Below the pieces are notes generated by a model. The model had not been told where the DNA came from. It saw nothing but the letters and a program-made list of their open reading frames with translations, and did not search any database. A stretch of DNA of 64,000 bases from the NCBI GenBank assembly GCA_965207455.1, contig CBDBMJ010000001.1:608001-672000 (forward strand), written 5' to 3'. Position numbers and translations under genes: made by a program. This document shows positions 19,855 through 29,405 of this stretch, piece by piece. The DNA comes from Bdellovibrionota bacterium (GTDB lineage: Bacteria; Bdellovibrionota; UBA1018; CAIPTA01; JAALKR01). Each line of letters begins with the position of its first letter. Within the stretch, counting starts at the first letter, position 1.

Positions 19855-19883
19855 AGTATAATAAGTATGTATTAAATGGTCAA
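19855..19883 (-). promoter_or_regulatory. Sigma70-type promoter TTGACC-N17-TATACT with overlapping ATAAGTAT direct repeats
   Basis: Consensus match with 17-bp spacing; repeats at 19852-19859 and 19861-19868. Confidence 0.55.
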
Positions 19884-19964
19884 GAAAAAGTTGAGCAAGA
19901 GATAGGTAGTTTCCTGATAAAAAGAAACCTTGATTCCTCACTCAAGCCGTACTAAAAGATTTCC

Positions 19965-20312
19965 ATGGACACAAAGCTAGAGAGATTTGAAAACCGTACG
20001 CAGCATAGGAGATATAAGGTTGATTTTCACTGCCCAGAGTTTACTTGCCTTTGTCCTAAATCTGGCTTTCCCGACTTTGCCAATATTCATATTTGCTATG
20101 TGCCCGACAAATGGTGCGTGGAATTGAAAAGCTTAAAGTTATACATTAACTCCTATCGAGATCAGGGCATTTTTCATGAAGATGTTACCAACCTTATTAT
20201 GAACGATCTTATCGCTCTTCTTGATCCTTGGAAGATAGAGGTTACGGGGGATTTCAATGTTCGAGGAAATATTAAAACGATAGTGAGTGCGGAGCACATA
20301 AAAGAAGAGTAG
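19965..20312 (+). CDS. queF: PreQ0 reductase (7-cyano-7-deazaguanine reductase), short type
   Basis: [28 protein letters not shown] and FNVRG motifs. Confidence 0.95.
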   Translation: MDTKLERFENRTQHRRYKVDFHCPEFTCLCPKSGFPDFANIHICYVPDKWCVELKSLKLYINSYRDQGIFHEDVTNLIMNDLIALLDPWKIEVTGDFNVRGNIKTIVSAEHIKEE

Positions 20313-20357
20313 CTTTTGTTCTCAAGGCGAGGATGACCTTGGCAGAAATGAAATCGC

Positions 20358-20666
20358 TTATGGATTAAATATACATTTTCCATGAAATGAATGAAAGAAA
20401 CTCATGGGAATAGACCTTTGACATTTGTAACTCTTATTCCCAACATGCGTGAAATTTTTTTCGAGGTATTTCCCCGGACATAAAATAATTCCTTCTACCT
20501 TATTTGTTCTTTGATCTGTTAATGCAATTAAATAGCGTATTTCTTTTGTTGTAAAACCGGGGCAGTCAGGGATCTCAACTTCAAATTCTGGAGTATATTT
20601 ACCTAGATCAACTGTGGAAGAGTCCTGTAATTTTATTTCTAAAGCTTGATGGCGAATTTGATAAAA
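20358..20666 (-). pseudogene. C-terminal fragment of a Type II restriction endonuclease (XmnI-like by recollection)
   Basis: IRHQALEIKLQDSSTVDLG motif; no proper N-terminus; abuts the methylase fragment. Confidence 0.5.
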
Positions 20667-20668
20667 AA

Positions 20669-21010
20669 TTAGTGGCTTTTTACATTGAACGCTTCCCAAA
20701 CCAACCCATTGATTTGTGATTCAAGGTTGGCAGTATCCTTACCATCCTTTGTTCTTTGATAGCCTCTTTTAGCTAATGTGATGATTTTCTTTGAATTAGT
20801 CTTGTTGGGGTCGGGAATGGGAAATTGCTCAACGTATTGGCTCATAAAGCGGCAGCGACCAGAGTACAACCTATTGTTAAACTTATATTCATAAAATTTC
20901 ATTATAAAGTCTGAATTTGCAGTGGCCAATGCAAGCCATAAGATATCATCAGAGTTTTTGCTATCATTCGTAAACCAATAGCAATCACCAAGGGAATAGG
21001 ACGGACGCAT
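20669..21010 (-). pseudogene. C-terminal (TaqI_C-like specificity) fragment of an N6-adenine DNA methyltransferase
   Basis: GDCYW..LATANS..FNNRLYSGRCRFMSQYVEQFPIPDP; no catalytic motifs remain upstream. Confidence 0.6.
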
Positions 21011-21048
21011 TGCGCTATTCGTGGGCGATTGTGTTGAGTGAAGGCTAT

Positions 21049-21552
21049 CTATTTAACATCCCAAACGGGTTCTTTCCCTTGGTGGACCCATTGCACTCGT
21101 CCCTGCTTGTCCGCATATACAGAAATCCATTCCTTGGTTTTATTGTTTATAAATTGGGAGTCCAGTTGACTTAAGACACTGGCACTAGGGTCTGTGAGTA
21201 TTGTTCCTGAGAACCCGGTCAATCTTTTTACGTTCATAGTGAAAATAACATTCTTTCGAGAGATTAATACAATGTTCTTCAAGGTTTTCATTTTTTCAAT
21301 CATATTTTTAAAAGTAGTGGTGATATTTTTAGTAAGTAAATCGGGCATAAAATGAATGAAGATGCTTTTTGAGTTGGGGAATTGAAAGGCCCGGCTGTTG
21401 GAATCTAATAAAGTGAATTGGAGTTTTTTTTCTGTGTTGAGTAATTTGCTGTTGTTGGAGTACAGTAGGCCCAAGAAGGAGCTTCCAGCTAGGCCGAGTA
21501 GAAAGATTCCCAGAGGATAGTATTTTCGTTTTCCGTGAAAAAATTTAGCCAT
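21049..21552 (-). CDS. Membrane-anchored thioredoxin/peroxiredoxin-like fold protein without cysteines
   Basis: N-terminal TM helix; FTLLDSNSR, IFIHFMP, ILTDPS and VYADKQGRVQW patterns resemble AhpC/TSA-redoxin. Confidence 0.45.
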   Translation of the reverse strand: MAKFFHGKRKYYPLGIFLLGLAGSSFLGLLYSNNSKLLNTEKKLQFTLLDSNSRAFQFPNSKSIFIHFMPDLLTKNITTTFKNMIEKMKTLKNIVLISRKNVIFTMNVKRLTGFSGTILTDPSASVLSQLDSQFINNKTKEWISVYADKQGRVQWVHQGKEPVWDVK

Positions 21553-22117
21553 GCATTTCTTTTCCCAGTGCCGCGGCTTGCTGTTGTAATTGTTCGTGGT
21601 CGTAATTTTTTAAAAAAGATTCTGCTACTCGTATGTGTTCTTCTTCTTCTTGAGCGATGCGCTTGAAAATCGCTCCCGATTGGGGATCCACTTCCATAAT
21701 AGCCTTCACCATGGATAGACCCATATCCATTCCTCTCGCCTCCGCTCGTACCATCAGGTATTGGAAAAATTCGGGGCTACCGGCGGAGCGGAACATGCGG
21801 ATGAGATAGTCGGAAACCTTGCGCTCCCCTAGGTTTATTTCCAACTTATGGGCATGGTCTAGGAGCAGTTGGGCGTGGCGAGCCTCTTGCTTCGCTAAAT
21901 CCAACCAGGTGGATCGCCACAGGGGGTCTGCCTGTGTAAAACGTTGGTAACCCCATAGGAAGCCTTGGTGTGCTTGAACTTCTGCAAAGGCTACGGCTCG
22001 GATACGGTCGCCAATTCCTTCGGGTATTTTCACCGATCGCATGCGGTGGGGGCGAGGATCTACCCAAAAAGGGTGCCATTTGTTTTCTTGTTGGATATCT
22101 GCTGCAAAATAATTCAT
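21545..22117 (-). CDS. Ferritin-like diiron protein (DUF455-like)
   Basis: AEVQA, QEARH, AEARGMD and EEEEH carboxylate/His motifs; start refined. Confidence 0.75.
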   Translation of the reverse strand: MNYFAADIQQENKWHPFWVDPRPHRMRSVKIPEGIGDRIRAVAFAEVQAHQGFLWGYQRFTQADPLWRSTWLDLAKQEARHAQLLLDHAHKLEINLGERKVSDYLIRMFRSAGSPEFFQYLMVRAEARGMDMGLSMVKAIMEVDPQSGAIFKRIAQEEEEHIRVAESFLKNYDHEQLQQQAAALGKEMHG

Positions 22118-22150
22118 AACAGCTTCCATAATACGATATAATGGAATTCT

Positions 22151-22462
22151 ATGAAAGATAAAGATGATTGGCACAACATTGATATTTCCCCTGCCGAGAT
22201 AAAAAAAGAACGGGCTAAGGCGCGTACTTTGCGTCAATCCCAGTGGTGGAAGGCGACGTTAGGAAAAGGGATCTGTTATTATTGTGAAAAGAAATTTTCA
22301 CCACAGGAGTTGACCATGGATCATATTGTGCCCATTGCTCGTGGAGGCAAAAGCAAGAAAGGGAATATAGCCCCTTCTTGTAAAAAATGTAATACGGAGA
22401 AAAAGCTATCGACTCCCGCCGAACTCGCCCTAAAAAAAATGAAAGGAAATACGGGCGAGTAA
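22151..22462 (+). CDS. Small HNH endonuclease
   Basis: CYYC..LTMDHIVPIARGG..NIAPSCKKCN. Confidence 0.9.
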   Translation: MKDKDDWHNIDISPAEIKKERAKARTLRQSQWWKATLGKGICYYCEKKFSPQELTMDHIVPIARGGKSKKGNIAPSCKKCNTEKKLSTPAELALKKMKGNTGE

Positions 22463-22489
22463 GGGAGAAGAACCATATAAACTATGGAT

Positions 22490-23746
22490 TTAAAAATATA
22501 ATTTCAAGTCTACGCGAGCATAGGAAACATCAGGAACATTTACTCCATTTAAGGTGCTATTGTACAATGCCTCTACTTCCATGGGAACGGGGAAATCTTT
22601 TTTGCGGAACATACTAAATGTGGAGAATCCTAAACCTACTTCTGCGCTGGTTGCAGTATGGTCCGTATTTTTGGCAAGAGCCTCATAGAAAAAACCGCTA
22701 GGACCAGTGAAACTGTCCTCTCCTTTTTCCTTATATTGATACGCTCCCCAGACTTTGAACATATTGCCTGGGATAAACGCTGTAGCTGCCACTTCTGTTT
22801 CTAGCAAAGCTCCTTGCTGTCTTTTTACGGACTGTACTTGATTAGCAGCAGGCACTAGGCTGGGAAGGATATCTGCAGAGCTTTTGGGTACAGCACGATT
22901 TTTCGTGTCTGAGAAGTTATACTCTCCATTAGCATAAGCGCTTAGGGTAAGAATACCATTCCACATAGTTACATCTTGGTATAGGGATAGGCCAACACTC
23001 CAAACGCCGTTTCCAGATCCTGAGTCGAAGGGATTTTCTAAACTCCCTGTGCTGCCTGTGGGAGCACGCATACCTAATTGTGCTGATGAGGTAACGCTTC
23101 CTGTGTTCACGAAAGCATATTTGCCTCCAAGTTCCAGGTCTCCAAATTCTGTTTTTGCAAAGCTGCTAGGTATGCTATAGCCGAGGTTTTCCAGTGAAAA
23201 ACCATTGTTAATATCGAGCTTGCCTATTTGATCTAAGGCACCCGCTAGTTCTGGATTAGGATTTTCACCCAGTCCTGCTCTAACGCGATTCGCATTATTT
23301 GTGAGCGTTCCATTGAGGTTAGAATTATAGGTTCGAGTGACTACAGGGACACGCACGCCTACGTTGAAATTTTTCATTAAGCCGTATTCGTATGCCAAGA
23401 CTACTGCATTTTGGTTCATTTTTATATCGTGTGTATAATTTAAATTCAATAGCTGACTTCCCATACCTGGGGATGTTGCGTTCAATCCCTTGACTAAGCC
23501 TGAAGCAGCTGGGTTGTTATGAAAAAGTTGTTTTGCATTTAGAGAGAAGTTTAAGGGACTTAGTTTTGACTTATTTCCGTTAGAGTTGAATTTTTGGTCT
23601 ATGGAATTAAGGCTTACACCTACCATACGGAATCGGCTGATTCCTTTGGGAAGAACTGTCGGTGTTTTCAAGGCATGGGCTATGGATGTGAGAAAAGTAG
23701 TGGAAAGCAGGATTGCCAGTAGATTGCTGGTGTTTTTTGATTTCAT
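22490..23746 (-). CDS. Outer-membrane beta-barrel protein (MetA-pathway/transporter-like)
   Basis: Signal peptide, FGDLELGGKY and MRAPTG motifs, C-terminal aromatic signature (DLKLYF); AAGGAG RBS before ATG 23746. Confidence 0.65.
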   Translation of the reverse strand: MKSKNTSNLLAILLSTTFLTSIAHALKTPTVLPKGISRFRMVGVSLNSIDQKFNSNGNKSKLSPLNFSLNAKQLFHNNPAASGLVKGLNATSPGMGSQLLNLNYTHDIKMNQNAVVLAYEYGLMKNFNVGVRVPVVTRTYNSNLNGTLTNNANRVRAGLGENPNPELAGALDQIGKLDINNGFSLENLGYSIPSSFAKTEFGDLELGGKYAFVNTGSVTSSAQLGMRAPTGSTGSLENPFDSGSGNGVWSVGLSLYQDVTMWNGILTLSAYANGEYNFSDTKNRAVPKSSADILPSLVPAANQVQSVKRQQGALLETEVAATAFIPGNMFKVWGAYQYKEKGEDSFTGPSGFFYEALAKNTDHTATSAEVGLGFSTFSMFRKKDFPVPMEVEALYNSTLNGVNVPDVSYARVDLKLYF

Positions 23747-23948
23747 GTTTTTGTTGACTCCTTTTTTAGTTAAAATTAATTTCTTTCCTTCTGTATCAAT
23801 TCCATTACAACGCGTCAAGTCTTTATTTTGATTTTTATTGGGTATACCCTTTATATGATGTAAATTATTGTTTTTGAGAGTGAATTTCATTTATTGCGAC
23901 AAACTAAACCGACTATATTAGTCGAATAAAAAGAAGGGATTAAGAGTT

Positions 23949-25298
23949 ATGGAAGCATTTGACAATATATTAGGAGTACTTTTAGGCTATGTTTGGGGAT
24001 TGCCCACAGTGCTATTGCTCTGTGGAGCCGGTTTATTTTTTACCATAGGGCTTGGTCTCCCGCAGTTTCGCGGTTTTTTCCATGGCATACGCGTAGTAAG
24101 GGGAAAGTTCGACAACCCCGATGATCCCGGGCAAATTACCCACTTTCAGGCATTATGTACTGCTCTTTCAGCCACAGTGGGATTAGGAAATATTTCTGGT
24201 GTGGCAGTGGCCATTCATTTGGGTGGACCTGGAGCTATTTTTTGGATGGTTGTGGTTGGCTTGCTGGGTATGGCAACAAAATATTCAGAGTGTACGTTAG
24301 CGATTCTCCATAGGCGTATTGATGAAAATGGTGTGGTTCGTGGAGGACCCATGTACTATATTGAAAAAGCTTTGGGTCCCGTAGGGAAGCCTGCAGCCGC
24401 ATTTTTTGCTGTGGCTTGTATTTTTGCCAGCTTTGGAGCAGCCAATATGTTTCAAGTAAGGGAAGTGGCTAATATTTTAGACCGAAGTTTTTCTATTCCT
24501 GCTTGGATTACAGCGATTACACTGGCCACAATCACCGGGCTTGTTATTATTGGTGGGATACGAAGAATTGCTAAAGTGGCTTCTATTTTATTGCCTGTGA
24601 TGGCAGTAATTTATGTTGGTGGTGCTCTGGTTGTTATTCTGTCCAATATTTCTCTTGTTCCGGGTGTATTTGCTCAAATTCTACAGGACGCTTTTACGGG
24701 CACAGCCGCTGTGGGTGGTTTTACGGGAATTGTTCTCCGACAAGTGATTGTTCAAGGGGTACGTAGAGCCTGTTTCTCCAATGAGGCGGGTATAGGTACA
24801 GCACCGTTTGCCCACGCTGCTGCTGCCACAAAGGAGCCCGTGCGAGAGGGTATGGTCGCTATGCTTGGTCCTTTTATTGATACGGTTGTTATTTGTACCA
24901 TGACGGCTTTTGTGATTTTAATTTCTGGTGCATGGACAAATCCAGAACTAAACGGGGTGGCACTAACGGCAGCAGCATTTGATATAGGCTTGCCCGGTTT
25001 TGGTCAATGGTTCTTACCCATAGGGGTTACTTTGTTTGCTACTTCCACTATTTTGAGTTGGTCCTATTATGGAGAGCGTGCCTCGGATTATCTTTTCGGG
25101 AAAAAGGGTTCCATTCCCTATAAGGTTTTTTATTGTATATTTGCTTTTATGGGTGGTCTATGGCCTCTAGCTACTATTATTAATTTTTCCGACCTCATGC
25201 TTGGATGCATGATTGTTCCCAACATAATAGCAGTAATTATTCTTTTCCCCAAGATACGGGAAGAGACCAAGAAATATTTTGCTCGTTATGTAAACTAA
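23949..25298 (+). CDS. Sodium/alanine (AGCS family) symporter
   Basis: ATVGLGNISGVA, GGPGAIFWM, GGPMYY, FSNEAG and SWSYYGE motifs. Confidence 0.95.
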   Translation: MEAFDNILGVLLGYVWGLPTVLLLCGAGLFFTIGLGLPQFRGFFHGIRVVRGKFDNPDDPGQITHFQALCTALSATVGLGNISGVAVAIHLGGPGAIFWMVVVGLLGMATKYSECTLAILHRRIDENGVVRGGPMYYIEKALGPVGKPAAAFFAVACIFASFGAANMFQVREVANILDRSFSIPAWITAITLATITGLVIIGGIRRIAKVASILLPVMAVIYVGGALVVILSNISLVPGVFAQILQDAFTGTAAVGGFTGIVLRQVIVQGVRRACFSNEAGIGTAPFAHAAAATKEPVREGMVAMLGPFIDTVVICTMTAFVILISGAWTNPELNGVALTAAAFDIGLPGFGQWFLPIGVTLFATSTILSWSYYGERASDYLFGKKGSIPYKVFYCIFAFMGGLWPLATIINFSDLMLGCMIVPNIIAVIILFPKIREETKKYFARYVN

Positions 25299-25340
25299 GT
25301 TAATTGTAATAAATCCTAATGGTTATGTTATTATTGCGTA

Positions 25341-26312
25341 ATGGAAGATTCCTCAAATACCACTATTGTACTTGATAAGGCACTTGAGGAAAAATTAATC
25401 GATAAGAATTCCTTTGAAAAGGCATTAGTCGATTTAGATATCTACCCAAGCAGTGAAAACTGGCAAAAGTTTGTGAAATATATGCTTGCCGCTTGTGGCA
25501 CAGCTTTTTTAATGTCAGGAATAATATTTTTCTTCGCTTATAACTGGGATGAACTGACCAAGTTTGTGAAGTTAGGGCTAATCGTTGCGGGATTTTTGCT
25601 TTCATTGTCGTTTTTTTTCTTAAAAAAAATAGACTCATTCTCCTCAAATCTTTCAGTATTAGTAGGATCAATATTTGTGGGTGCATTTTTTGCGGTTTTT
25701 GGGCAAATTTATCAAACAGGAGCTGATGCCTACGATCTATTTCTTATCTGGACATTGTGTATTCTTTTATGGACGTTGATCAGTCGTTTTGAGTGCCAAT
25801 GGGTTCTAGTATTCTTACTTTTAGATATCACTATTATTTCTTATCATCAGCAAGTGGTTGAAAAATATAATAACGATCACATTTTTCTATATATGGCCCT
25901 AACAAATATGCTAATAGTTGGGTTTGGCGAATACGCAGGTCGCTTCTTATTTATTTCCAAGGAAAGATGGATACCTAGAATCTTTATGCTTGTGGGAATT
26001 TCATATACATGCTTAGGTGCTATTTTGAGCCTCAGTCACAAGAACTTCGAGAAGGTATTCTTCGCTTATCTTATCCTAACTTCAGGAGTGATTTGGGTAT
26101 ATATGAAATTCATAAAAGATTTATACATGCTTGCCATTGCTTTCATGAACTTCATGTTATTTGTTACATTCTTTTTAATAAAAGATGCATCAATCCTCAG
26201 TAAAGGATTTGGCTCACTTCTTCCTATAGGTATTTTTGTGATTGGCATGGGTGTTTCGGCAGCTTATATACTCCAATCCATATCTAGGAAATGGAAGGAA
26301 GAATCAGAATGA
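25341..26312 (+). CDS. DUF2157 membrane protein
   Basis: IIFFFAYNW and FGQIYQTGADAYDLF motifs. Confidence 0.85.
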   Translation: MEDSSNTTIVLDKALEEKLIDKNSFEKALVDLDIYPSSENWQKFVKYMLAACGTAFLMSGIIFFFAYNWDELTKFVKLGLIVAGFLLSLSFFFLKKIDSFSSNLSVLVGSIFVGAFFAVFGQIYQTGADAYDLFLIWTLCILLWTLISRFECQWVLVFLLLDITIISYHQQVVEKYNNDHIFLYMALTNMLIVGFGEYAGRFLFISKERWIPRIFMLVGISYTCLGAILSLSHKNFEKVFFAYLILTSGVIWVYMKFIKDLYMLAIAFMNFMLFVTFFLIKDASILSKGFGSLLPIGIFVIGMGVSAAYILQSISRKWKEESE

Positions 26313-27355
26313 CTTCAGATAAACAACTACGGAATTATCTTGCTGGAAACTGTAACGTGGATTCATCAGCGATTGATTCCCTCATTTCGCAAACCACTAA
26401 CACCAGTCCATGGTATACTAACTTGCTAATTATTTCTTCCGCATGGTTGGGATCAATTTTAATTGTTGGAGGTCTTCTTTTTTCCTTGATGAACGTCCTA
26501 CTAGAAGATAAGGTTGGAATGTCTATTGGTTTGTTTATCGTTGTAGCTACAGTCATACTATCCAGAAATAAGGAATTTGATAGAGAGAACATTTTTCTTG
26601 AGCAAATGCTCGCAGCATGTAATTTAATCGGATTAGGGATTTTCCTTGGAAGCGCAATACCTGCATTTAAAGGCAATTTTCCCGAGATAATATTAATAAT
26701 AGGGATTATTCAGGCTCTTATCGTTCCTGTATTTCCCATCAAAACAGCACAGTTTCTAGGCACCCTAATTTCTATTGCAGCGTTTGATATATTCGTTACT
26801 GCGCGCCATAGCTTTTTTGTTTTTGAAATTATGACAACTTTAGTGTGTTTCTCTTCTTTTTTATTCCTTCTTAAAAAATCTGAACTAGTTGGGAGGTTAG
26901 GTGCAGATGCATACTATGCTATAAATTCTGCCTTGCTTTTAGCATCACTATATTTACTGCATATAAACTCTATAATGGGTGTTAAAGAAATGAGGTTCCC
27001 TTTTATTTTGCTGTTATTTGGGGGATGCATAAACTGGTATTTGATAAAGACGTATATTAAACAAATTAATATTAGCTATTATGTAGCTCTTGGCTTTATT
27101 GTTGTGGTGGGACTTATTACCTATCGGTATCCAGGAATTCTAGCGACAATTGGGTTTGTTATACTTTGTTTTTCAAAGGGGCAAACAACAAATTTAAAAC
27201 TTTCGATTATTTCGTTAGCAGCATTAATTTTTTATTTATATTATTCTTTGCAATATACTCTTCTTCAAAAATCTATCTCTCTAATGATTTTGGGAGGATT
27301 TCTTTTGATCGCTGCTGCCATATATTCGAAAAGAGGTGTGTTATCCGCAAACTAA
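26309..27355 (+). CDS. DUF4401 membrane protein
   Basis: Hydrophobic; SPWY..SAWL and YYSLQYTLLQKS motifs; ATGA overlap with the DUF2157 gene. Confidence 0.8.
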   Translation: MTSDKQLRNYLAGNCNVDSSAIDSLISQTTNTSPWYTNLLIISSAWLGSILIVGGLLFSLMNVLLEDKVGMSIGLFIVVATVILSRNKEFDRENIFLEQMLAACNLIGLGIFLGSAIPAFKGNFPEIILIIGIIQALIVPVFPIKTAQFLGTLISIAAFDIFVTARHSFFVFEIMTTLVCFSSFLFLLKKSELVGRLGADAYYAINSALLLASLYLLHINSIMGVKEMRFPFILLLFGGCINWYLIKTYIKQINISYYVALGFIVVVGLITYRYPGILATIGFVILCFSKGQTTNLKLSIISLAALIFYLYYSLQYTLLQKSISLMILGGFLLIAAAIYSKRGVLSAN

Positions 27356-27807
27356 TCTTTCTTTTAAATACACTCGTAATTCTTTGCGTTTTTTTCTATT
27401 CTACGTATAAACAGGAGCGTATTCTTAAAGCTGGAACTTCCATTTTTATTCCGCTTGCTCCACTTGATCTACGCTCTTTGATCCAAGGCGACTACATGAT
27501 TCTCAACTATGATTTCCGAGAGATTGAGGAAAAGGCCAAAAATTTAAATCAAGGATATATTAGTTATACGACCGATCAAAATAACGTTATTATCTTTAAA
27601 GATGTTTTATCTGACTTTAATGATTCAGATAAATTGCTTTTATTTAAAAAAAGAAATAGACAAATTTACATTGGAGCAGAATCATTTCTCTTTCAAGAAG
27701 GCAAGGCTGAGCACTTTGGAAAAGCCAAATATGCAGAATTAAAAATAACGCAAGAGGGAAAAGTACTTTTAGTTGGTCTTAGGGATGAGCAGTTCAATAA
27801 TCTTTGA
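27343..27807 (+). CDS. GDYXXLXY domain protein (ATC at the expected start position)
   Basis: LAPLDLRSLIQGDYMILNY and FQEG motifs; GAGGTG RBS precedes ATC 27343. Confidence 0.8.
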   Translation: MRKLIFLLNTLVILCVFFYSTYKQERILKAGTSIFIPLAPLDLRSLIQGDYMILNYDFREIEEKAKNLNQGYISYTTDQNNVIIFKDVLSDFNDSDKLLLFKKRNRQIYIGAESFLFQEGKAEHFGKAKYAELKITQEGKVLLVGLRDEQFNNL

Positions 27808-27839
27808 GAAACAAATTATTTACTAGAAAGCCAATAGGA

Positions 27840-29318
27840 TTATATTTTCCCCGCTTTTTCTATTAGGGATTGATTGATGCTTACGGAGAAATTCTCCCGC
27901 AGTTCCTTCATCCAGGCGTCAAGAAAGGTGCGGTACTTGCGTTCAATAAGTGTTTTGCTTTGTTTTTCCTTGTCCCTTTTCATCTTTGCAAAATCAGGGA
28001 GCATTTTCTTTTTCACTTGAGCCACGATGATGCCACCAGCGGCTTCAAATAGTTGGGGTCCTTTTTGAATGGGAGCTTTGTTGTTGAATGCAGCGGTCAT
28101 GATTTCAGAAGCGTTTCCAATATTAGGTATGGTTGGCTGCATTTTTGTAAAGAGTCCCGTTGTTTTGAGTTTTAGTGATTTCTTCTGTCCTTTTTTCCAT
28201 TTACTCATTATACCTTGAGCTGTTTTTCTATTAATTTTTCGTACTTCTGCAAAGCGACTCTTTTTAATGAGTTGCTTTGCAATTTCCTTTTCTACTTTTT
28301 CAAACTTTTTTTCAAAGCCTTTAATTTTTTTATAGGTATAAATATAGTGCCAACCGAAACTACTTTTCACGGGCTTAGAAATTCCTCCAGTTTTGAGCGC
28401 AAAGGCACTGGCTTCAAAGTTTTTATCCATTACTCCAGTACCAAAGCAGCCCAGGTCTCCTCCTTTGGATTTTGTGGGTCCTTCAGAGTGTTTTCTTGCT
28501 AATTTGGCAAAGTTCTTAGCATTTAGGGGTTGGATTCCTAGGAATTTCTTGGTTGGTTTTTTTCCTTTGGATTTGGATAAAATATGGCGAGCGCAGACTT
28601 CAGGGGATTTTTTATATTTATGTATGTTCGTTTTATAGTTTTCTTTGGCTAGATTCAGTTTCGTCTCTATTTTCAGGAAATCCTTTATTTCCTTTGTGCT
28701 TATTTTCATTTTTTTATAGGCATCTTCGTTGCGGATATGTACATATTCCAGGTCTCGTTTGCTATTTTTTAGCTGGTAGTCTTGGCGGAGTTCTTGGTCG
28801 GTTACTCGAATGCGTTGTCGTAGAAAGTCTAGTAGTTGGGATTGTACAAGGCTTTCGTTAATGAGTTTTTCGTATGAGCCTGGGGTGAAGCGATTGGCTG
28901 CCAGCAGGTTTTTGTACTTGTCTACGTCAAACCGTTTCTCTTTATTGTGAAAAACAGCTTGTTTTTCAATTGTTTTCCGGACCTCCTCACTGCTTACAGA
29001 AAAGCCCATACGGCGCGCTTCTAGGAGTATGAGGCGGTTCTGGATTAAATTGTTTACAATTTGGTCTCTGAGCTGCTTCATAAAAAGGGGGGGCATTTTA
29101 TCGGCAAACTGTTTGTATACTTTCATTTGCTGGTCATAGGCTTTTTGGAACTCTGCTAAGGAGATAGATTCACCTGCCACGGTGGCAATATCTTGATCAT
29201 TGATAAAGCTCGTTGCTGCGGGAAAAACCCCCACAAAAACAAAAACTAGGCTAATGAGTCCAATAATGGCAATGACAAACCATTTATTCAGTCGTTTCTT
29301 CAGATCTTCTACAATCAT
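27840..29318 (-). CDS. ppiD: SurA N-terminal/parvulin PPIase (PpiD-like)
   Basis: N-terminal TM, IATVAGESIS, ARHIL, HSE..GGDLG and SSFGWH motifs. Confidence 0.8.
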   Translation of the reverse strand: MIVEDLKKRLNKWFVIAIIGLISLVFVFVGVFPAATSFINDQDIATVAGESISLAEFQKAYDQQMKVYKQFADKMPPLFMKQLRDQIVNNLIQNRLILLEARRMGFSVSSEEVRKTIEKQAVFHNKEKRFDVDKYKNLLAANRFTPGSYEKLINESLVQSQLLDFLRQRIRVTDQELRQDYQLKNSKRDLEYVHIRNEDAYKKMKISTKEIKDFLKIETKLNLAKENYKTNIHKYKKSPEVCARHILSKSKGKKPTKKFLGIQPLNAKNFAKLARKHSEGPTKSKGGDLGCFGTGVMDKNFEASAFALKTGGISKPVKSSFGWHYIYTYKKIKGFEKKFEKVEKEIAKQLIKKSRFAEVRKINRKTAQGIMSKWKKGQKKSLKLKTTGLFTKMQPTIPNIGNASEIMTAAFNNKAPIQKGPQLFEAAGGIIVAQVKKKMLPDFAKMKRDKEKQSKTLIERKYRTFLDAWMKELRENFSVSINQSLIEKAGKI

Positions 29319-29405
29319 TTTTTCCTCCTATTTATCTATAATTTTCCATATCCTTATATATTGCTTGATTTTTATGCATTTTACGAACTAAAATTCATAA
29401 ATGAA

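Noticed and set aside
18953..21010. 7-deazaguanine DNA modification (dpd) system around queF
   Set aside because: No dpdA/B/C; the tgt at 57912-59033 is a canonical tRNA enzyme in the tgt-yajC-secDF operon.
22151..22462. HNH as a defence or mobile nuclease
   Set aside because: Looks like the small stand-alone HNH commonly embedded among core genes; no intron or partner is evident.
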